A stretch of 64,000 nt of DNA from the NCBI GenBank assembly GCA_963723105.1, contig CAVRPK010000002.1, forward strand, positions 121,098 to 185,097, in the 5' to 3' direction. A program made the translations under genes and the position numbers. The notes below the pieces were generated by a model that worked only from the letters and a program-made list of their open reading frames with translations, searched no databases and was not told the DNA's origin. Of this stretch, positions 57,940 through 64,000 are shown one piece after another; positions within the stretch are counted from its first letter, which is position 1, and the number at the start of each line of letters is the position of its first letter. The DNA comes from an uncultured Candidatus Micrarchaeota archaeon (lineage in GTDB: Archaea; Micrarchaeota; Micrarchaeia; Anstonellales; Bilamarchaeaceae).

Positions 57940-60087
57940 TCACCTATACATAGTCGTAGCTGAGCTTTTGAATCGTTGAACACTATCCAAATCCTCCTTC
58001 TTAATACTTGGTACAATCGAATTAAATGACTGATCAAAATGGCTGTTTGTAACTTTTTTGGCATCATCTCGTATGGCTGCCATTCCAGCTTCCCGGATAA
58101 GGTTCTCAATATCAGCCCCAGTAAAACCATCAGTGATCCTAGCCAGATCCTTTAGGTTCACTGATTTATCCATAGGCATTTTCTTTGTTAAAATCTTGAA
58201 AATTTCCACTCTTTCTGCTTCTCCTGGAGCTGGAATTTCTATCAATCTATCAAATCTGCCAGACCTCATCAAGGCTGGATCTAAAATATCCGGCCTATTA
58301 GTTGCACCAATTACAACTACATTCTTCAAACTTCGAAGACCATCCATTTCAGTAAGTAAGGTATCAACGATACGTTCTGTAACCATTGTTCCACCTTCTC
58401 CTCTTCCTGTTCTCTTTAATGCAATTGCATCAATCTCATCAATAAATAAAACACATGGAGCAGCAGTTCTTGCTTTTCTGAACAATTCTCTAACTGTTTT
58501 TTCTGATTCTCCAACATATTTTGTTAGAACCTGCGCGCCACCAATTGAAATAAAATTTGCTTCACATTCTGTTGCAACTGCCTTTGCAAGCAGTGTTTTT
58601 CCTGTTCCTGGTGGGCCATATAATAAAATTCCCTTTATTGGCCTAATGCCCATTTGTTCAAATATCTCTGGTTTTTTGAGTGGAAGCTCTACTGCCTCCT
58701 GAATCTCTCTTTTAATTTCAAGAAGTCCTCCAATATCTTTCCATTTGACATTTGGACGCTCGATATAAACTTCTCGAAGTGCTGATGGCTGAATCTCATG
58801 CATGGCATTATAGAAATCTTCCCTCGTTACTTCCAATTTTTCCAGAAGTTCTGGTGATAATGTATCCTCATCCAGATTCAGCTTAGGAAGAATTCTTCGA
58901 AGTGCTTTTATCGCAGCTTCCTTTGTAAGAAGGGCAAGATCAGCACCAGTATATCCATGAGTTACCTTTGCAAATTCTCCAATTCTTACATTCCTTCCAA
59001 GCGGCATGCATCTAACATGGATATTCAAAATTTCCTTTCTGCCTTCAATATCAGGAACAGTAATCTCAATCTCACGGTCAAATCTGCCGGGTCTTCTAAG
59101 TGCAGGATCTATAGAGTCTGGTCTGTTGGTTGCCCCAATGACAATAACCTCTCCTCTTGCCTTTAGTCCATCCATGATTGTCAGAAGCTGTGATACCATC
59201 CTCTTTTCCACTTCTCCGGTAACCTCTTCTCTCTTTGGAGCAATAGCATCGATTTCGTCAATAAATATAATTGATGGTGCGTTTTCCTGAGCCTCAGCAA
59301 ATAATTTTCTAAGTCTCTCTTCACTTTCCCCGACATATTTGCTGATGATTTCTGGCCCTCCAACATAATAGAAATTAGCATCGCTTTCATTTGCAACTGC
59401 TTTTGCAAGCAGTGTTTTTCCTGTTCCAGGAGCTCCATACAGAAGAACTCCTTTTGGTGGATCGATCCCAAGCCTTTCAAAAATTTCTGGATGTCTTAGT
59501 GGAAGTTCAATCATCTCACGGACTTTCTTGATCGTTTCCTTAATGCCTCCAACATCGTCGTATGTGATGTTTGGAACATTCTTCATTTCTTTCATTGGCT
59601 CTTTCTTAATTTGTACTTGCGTCTCCTCACTGATCATAACAGGCCCTTGTGGCACTACTTGAGCTACAACCAACGGAATCGAGGTTCCGAAAATTCCAAC
59701 TGGCAGGAGATTTCCTTTGAGAACTGGTTTTCCTATCAGTCTCTTTTTTACATATTGTTCAAAACCAACAGAGTAGCGGACAGCCTCTTGAGGAGCTAAA
59801 ACTATTTTTTTTGCAACTTTTGTATTTACTGTTTCTACCTGGACTTTTTCTCCAAGACCAACTCCTACATTTTGTCTTAGGATACCATCCATTCTAACCA
59901 TGTCAAGCCCCTCATCATCCTGATGGGCTTGCCATACAATCGCAAGTGCTGATTTTTTCCCTGATAATTTTATGATATCTCCAGTTGAGACTCCAAGTTT
60001 TGCTTTTGCCTTTGAATCTATTCTGGCAATTCCCCTTCCTATATCATTTTGGAATGCTTCCGCAACCTTCAAATTTAATGCAGGCAT
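57940..60087 (-). CDS. cdc48: Cdc48/VAT AAA+ ATPase
   Basis: N-terminal double-psi domain; two AAA modules with GxPGTGKT and FIDEID; RPGRFDR. Confidence 0.97.
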   Translation of the reverse strand: MPALNLKVAEAFQNDIGRGIARIDSKAKAKLGVSTGDIIKLSGKKSALAIVWQAHQDDEGLDMVRMDGILRQNVGVGLGEKVQVETVNTKVAKKIVLAPQEAVRYSVGFEQYVKKRLIGKPVLKGNLLPVGIFGTSIPLVVAQVVPQGPVMISEETQVQIKKEPMKEMKNVPNITYDDVGGIKETIKKVREMIELPLRHPEIFERLGIDPPKGVLLYGAPGTGKTLLAKAVANESDANFYYVGGPEIISKYVGESEERLRKLFAEAQENAPSIIFIDEIDAIAPKREEVTGEVEKRMVSQLLTIMDGLKARGEVIVIGATNRPDSIDPALRRPGRFDREIEITVPDIEGRKEILNIHVRCMPLGRNVRIGEFAKVTHGYTGADLALLTKEAAIKALRRILPKLNLDEDTLSPELLEKLEVTREDFYNAMHEIQPSALREVYIERPNVKWKDIGGLLEIKREIQEAVELPLKKPEIFEQMGIRPIKGILLYGPPGTGKTLLAKAVATECEANFISIGGAQVLTKYVGESEKTVRELFRKARTAAPCVLFIDEIDAIALKRTGRGEGGTMVTERIVDTLLTEMDGLRSLKNVVVIGATNRPDILDPALMRSGRFDRLIEIPAPGEAERVEIFKILTKKMPMDKSVNLKDLARITDGFTGADIENLIREAGMAAIRDDAKKVTNSHFDQSFNSIVPSIKKEDLDSVQRFKSSATTMYR

Positions 60088-61028
60088 CTTTTCACCTCGC
60101 CGGATTCCACCTTGAGCGCTATTCTATTATTTAATAACTCATCTTTTTTAAGCGTGACAACTGTCGAGAGCAAAATATCATCTGAAATTTCAACTCCAAG
60201 AAGCCGAAGCGCATTTCTCCTCTCCAGCGTTAGTTCCCGCTCTCCAACCATGGCAACTAAAACGTCTCCGTCACACTCCAGTTTTGTAAGGTTTCCAATT
60301 ACCATATTTCTTCGTGCTAAGATCCTGGCATCAGAGCTTAGATCAATATTGTCATTGTTGACAAGGCCATCTTCTATCAGAACCTCATCTCCTTCTTTGA
60401 GAAGCTCTCCACGCTCTGCAATTTCCCATATTACAACTCTACGCTCTGCTGCTTCCTCCTTAATCATAAACGAGAATGCCTTGGAAGTATTTGTTCCATG
60501 CACAAAAGAATCAAAACCTTCTATCTTGCTAATCTTTCCTCGGACATGTACATTATCGCCATTTTTTAGCTCGTTCAATTTCGTAAATGGAGCTGTTTCT
60601 GTTACCTTTAATTTTCCACTATAACTGAAGTTCAATTCTCCATTGCGTTCATATGCTCCCTTTACTTCTAACTGATCCTTTGATCGAAGTCCTTTTGCAA
60701 GTTTCACATCGTCATTCCAAAGAATCAGTGGTTTTGAACCTGTATCATCTTCAACTTCAATAACTCGTGACTGTTTTCCTGAAGAGTATGTTGCAACTGG
60801 CCAGATTTTCTTTACCTTTGCCGTAAAAGCAATCTTTTTTTCTCCTTTTGGAATTTCAGAAAGTTTGTATATTTTTTCTTTTTCTTTTAGAAGTCCGTTT
60901 TCTTTTGCAATGAGGCGAAGCGCTACATCCCGCGTTAAAAATCCATGAAATGATAAGATTTTTTGCTTGATCTGAATCTCAAGATCATCACTGCTAATAA
61001 TCTCAAGTAGTTTCGCCTCTATGTCCAT
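60075..61028 (-). CDS. OB-fold protein, replication protein A-like
   Basis: Tandem OB folds (EDDTGSKPLILWND; RRVVIWE). Confidence 0.75.
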   Translation of the reverse strand: MDIEAKLLEIISSDDLEIQIKQKILSFHGFLTRDVALRLIAKENGLLKEKEKIYKLSEIPKGEKKIAFTAKVKKIWPVATYSSGKQSRVIEVEDDTGSKPLILWNDDVKLAKGLRSKDQLEVKGAYERNGELNFSYSGKLKVTETAPFTKLNELKNGDNVHVRGKISKIEGFDSFVHGTNTSKAFSFMIKEEAAERRVVIWEIAERGELLKEGDEVLIEDGLVNNDNIDLSSDARILARRNMVIGNLTKLECDGDVLVAMVGERELTLERRNALRLLGVEISDDILLSTVVTLKKDELLNNRIALKVESGEVKRCLH

Positions 61029-61134
61029 TACTTCCTTTCACAGCGAACCGATTTAAACTTGTTTTTTAATTGGATTGCAACTTCGAATGCTTTGCATTCT
61101 CATTACAATGCGCACAAATTTTTACAAATTTATG

Positions 61135-61223
61135 TAAGTATCAGCATTGGAATTTTTTTTACAAAAATTTGGTGACAATGGAACATCGTCTTTTTTTGAG
61201 GCTTTAGCCAATGCCGATACTTA
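61135..61223. repeat. 16-bp inverted repeat around an AT-rich spacer
   Basis: TAAGTATCAGCATTGG (61135-61150) and CCAATGCCGATACTTA (61208-61223), one mismatch. Confidence 0.7.
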
Positions 61224-61401
61224 AGAAATGCTTGGCATGCTTTTTTTCTAGGGGTAGAAGATACGGCACACCAAGTCACTTCCTTGTATTATTTAACACA
61301 GGACTAGTTAATTAAAGTTATTCCTGACTTTTATTCAAAACATGAAAAAAAGAAGAAGAATTGCCTGTTTTTGGCAATTTACAGACAAAAGAAAATTATT
61401 C

Positions 61402-62535
61402 CTAACGTATCAGAACAACTGATCTTGTTGCACCATACTCATGCACTGTGTCAAATGGAGAATTTCTTACTCTTGCTGACTGAGAAAGGTTTCCTACAAA
61501 TGGACCATTTAATTCCGGAACCAAGCCTCCTGCTTCAAGCTGATAGAGAACATTTTCAGCTCTTACTCTGCCATCACTTTCAACTATTGGCGAAAATTCT
61601 CTTGTCTGCGAAGGTCTGGTGTTATTTCCATAAACCCTGACAACGAAGTCTCCAGTAGTGCCATCAGTAAGTGTAACATTCCTCATGACCATTCCAGTGT
61701 ATCTTGGCTGGCTTGTTTCTGTATATCCTGGATTTAGAAGATATTGATTATTTCCCATGGTCTGATAGTGAAGCCACAGGTATGTGCTTTCTCCAGTTAC
61801 ATTTGCAGATATTCTGAGCATCCTCTCCCCATCTACTGAAACTCGCTCATGGTCGATCTGAACCTGTCCTCCGGATTCTACTCCTGATTGAAGTACTGCT
61901 ATTGCAGCAGTTCCACGAAGGGAAATATTCTGGATCATTTCAAAATTGCTGTAGCTTGCTCTCACATCCTCTGTTCCGATAAATCTTACCCTGATCATTC
62001 CTGGCGCCAGGTTTGAAATATCACATTCATTTTCCCTGACCAGCCCCATTGAATTTAATGACTCCCATTCGCCGGTTTCCCTGTTATAATATTCGAATTC
62101 CAAGGTAGGGTTTTCCAGTTGTCTTGTTCCAGTTCGTGCTACCTGTTCAATTGCCCTATCGTTTATGCACTCCTGTAAACTTCCGGAATCCCTGCAACTT
62201 TCTACTATTCCTTCCATGACCTCTCTAATATCTTCTCCACCTATGCTGGAAGCTGGTTCAAATACAATGACTTCTGCACTCAATGTCCTGCCATCAGAAC
62301 TTGGAGCAAGTACGACCTGGCTCTCAAGAAGCGCTTCTCTTCCAATTAGTGTTGCGCCGGATGATTGCTCTATTCTACTTGATGTTGCCATCTTGGCACC
62401 ACAAGCGCCCAGAGTTCCAATCATTCCCAAAATAAGAAGTCCTTCACCAATCATTTTTGGAATTTTAGGAAATCGTTTTTTTGATTTCTCTGCATTATCA
62501 TTCCTTCTACTTTGTTCTAGTTCTCTTCTACCCAT
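61402..62535 (-). CDS. Hypothetical putative lipoprotein with a lysine-free mature region
   Basis: Long basic leader, hydrophobic stretch and LGAC lipobox-like motif. Confidence 0.75.
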   Translation of the reverse strand: MGRRELEQSRRNDNAEKSKKRFPKIPKMIGEGLLILGMIGTLGACGAKMATSSRIEQSSGATLIGREALLESQVVLAPSSDGRTLSAEVIVFEPASSIGGEDIREVMEGIVESCRDSGSLQECINDRAIEQVARTGTRQLENPTLEFEYYNRETGEWESLNSMGLVRENECDISNLAPGMIRVRFIGTEDVRASYSNFEMIQNISLRGTAAIAVLQSGVESGGQVQIDHERVSVDGERMLRISANVTGESTYLWLHYQTMGNNQYLLNPGYTETSQPRYTGMVMRNVTLTDGTTGDFVVRVYGNNTRPSQTREFSPIVESDGRVRAENVLYQLEAGGLVPELNGPFVGNLSQSARVRNSPFDTVHEYGATRSVVLIR

Positions 62536-62684
62536 AATATTCCCTCTCTCTTTTGTACATTATCTATAACCTAACTCTTATTTAAAGGTCTGTTTCCCAC
62601 CAGTGGGTTACAGAGCATACCATATTTCTGGTTTCTCCCTGACTTTTCGCAAATCTTAAAACAAGCAACATTCATCTTTACATC

Positions 62685-63656
62685 ATGCACAAGATGACAA
62701 ACCTTGAATATTCATTCATTACTTCTGAACTTTCAGCCCTAATAGTCGGAAAACATTTTTCCAGGATCAGAAAAGTTGCCGATGGTATTTATCGAATGAA
62801 ACTAGGAACCTTCGAAATTCTTTGCGAGCTTGGAGTTCGCCTTCATACTACTAAATACATGGAAGATCCACAGCCTCATGACAAGTTTGTTCAAAAACTG
62901 GAAAAAGAACTTGATAATGCCAAGCTTCTTGAAATAAAACAAATCAACAATGACAGAATAATTTCATTCAATTTTGATCGTGCAAGTTTAGTGTTTGAAA
63001 TGTTTGGAAAGGGCAATATTATTCTCGTTAAAGAAGGAACAACTGTTGCTGCATTCAAGTATGAAAGCTGGTCTGATCGTGAAATCAAAGTTGGCAGCCC
63101 ATACAAGTCTCCAAGCAATGTTCCAATGGAAAAACTAGTTCCATCTGATAAGTACATTATTGTATCGCTAATGAAGCTTCCTCTTGGAAAGGAATATGTT
63201 CAGGAAGCTCTTCTTCGATCTAGTATTGAAGAGAAAACCCCCGGATCCAAACTTACTCCAGAGCAACTAACAGAGCTTGAGAAACAACTTGAGATTATAA
63301 AATCTTCAACTTCTCCTCATCTTTACAAAAGTGGAGAAAAACCAATTGCATTTTCATTGACTAGTATATCACCTCTCTCTGAATTTACTTGCGAAGAAAC
63401 AAACTCTCTGAGCGAGGCTGCAGATGAATATTATAAGAATGTGGATGCTCCAAATCTAGATCTTGAAAAACTACAAAAGCGCCTTGAAAAACAAAAAGAA
63501 AGATCTGAACTTCTAAAGCAGGAAGAGATTGCCTATAAAGAAAAAGGAGATTACATATATGCTCATTATATGGAAGTCCAGCAAGTGCTCGAAGAAGCTA
63601 AAGCTGGAAAAGGAGAATTAAATAAAAAAGAAAAATCAGTTGAAGCAGAAATCTAA
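62685..63656 (+). CDS. NFACT/Rqc2 (NEMF) family protein, N-terminal half only
   Basis: QINNDRII, FEMFGKGNIIL, H2TH-like LGKEYVQE and SLSEAADEYY; ends after the first coiled coil. Confidence 0.85.
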   Translation: MHKMTNLEYSFITSELSALIVGKHFSRIRKVADGIYRMKLGTFEILCELGVRLHTTKYMEDPQPHDKFVQKLEKELDNAKLLEIKQINNDRIISFNFDRASLVFEMFGKGNIILVKEGTTVAAFKYESWSDREIKVGSPYKSPSNVPMEKLVPSDKYIIVSLMKLPLGKEYVQEALLRSSIEEKTPGSKLTPEQLTELEKQLEIIKSSTSPHLYKSGEKPIAFSLTSISPLSEFTCEETNSLSEAADEYYKNVDAPNLDLEKLQKRLEKQKERSELLKQEEIAYKEKGDYIYAHYMEVQQVLEEAKAGKGELNKKEKSVEAEI

Positions 63657-64000
63657 TATGCTTCATTAGTAACTAGTTTCTCAGCAAGAATAGTGGATGC
63701 TCTCTTTGGTTTATCAACTTTTAATGAAACAAGAGCATGCTTGTCATCTTTTGCAATAGTTTTTGAAGTCTCAACTGTAACTCCATCATGAGCAAGCTTT
63801 TCAAGCAACCCGCCCATTTCTGCAAGATTAAGTTTCACAATTAAGCTATGCAGTTCAATCTCATATCCAGCAGCAGTAAGAACTTTCTTGCTTTTTTCTG
63901 GGTCTGATACCTCAATGCAGATTACTGCTTTGTTTGATACTACTGCAACATTGATCGAATCAATGTTTATCTTTGATTTAGCAAGAACATATGATATGTC
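63653..64000 (-). CDS. Tandem ACT-domain protein (5' end outside the window)
   Basis: The frame is open from 64000: DISYVLAKSKINIDSINV...DPEKSKKVLTAAGY...GGLLEKLAHDGVTV. The track ORF 63653-63838 is only its tail. Confidence 0.8.
   Translation of the reverse strand, partial: DISYVLAKSKINIDSINVAVVSNKAVICIEVSDPEKSKKVLTAAGYEIELHSLIVKLNLAEMGGLLEKLAHDGVTVETSKTIAKDDKHALVSLKVDKPKRASTILAEKLVTNEAY

Noticed and set aside
1..64000. CRISPR array, rRNA operon, IS elements
   Set aside because: No regularly spaced repeats, rRNA signatures or transposase motifs were seen.

Overview
This is a gene-dense, AT-rich archaeal chromosome segment. It is most consistent with a DPANN archaeon of the Micrarchaeota type; that is an inference from the multi-intron BHB tRNAs, a tRNA-Ile(UAU), the archaeal rps19e-PDCD5-rpl39e-rpl31e-aIF6-rpl18a-pfdA-ftsY cluster, Trm56, fibrillarin, Cdc48 and Bud32. 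Housekeeping genes cover Arg, pyrimidine, folate and isoprenoid-lipid metabolism. RNA genes are three tRNAs (two with multiple introns), SRP RNA and one unexplained structured ~100-nt RNA candidate. The standout is a ~24-kb co-oriented cluster (19444-43678) between a SecB-like gene and ftsY. It encodes (i) a 2873-aa exported protein with a novel helical repeat and a C-terminal ~1200-aa region that looks like a membrane beta-barrel ending in Trp, (ii) an SGNH-hydrolase-domain protein, (iii) a ~2900-aa protein split by two +1 frameshifts and carrying a translocator-like hydrophobic block, and (iv) a 1253-aa membrane protein sharing its C-terminal domain. The first three are almost lysine-free and Arg-rich in an otherwise Lys-rich proteome. 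This is a candidate undescribed envelope, secretion or host-contact system. No CRISPR array, rRNA, transposase or integrase was seen. All calls were made by eye with no database searches.
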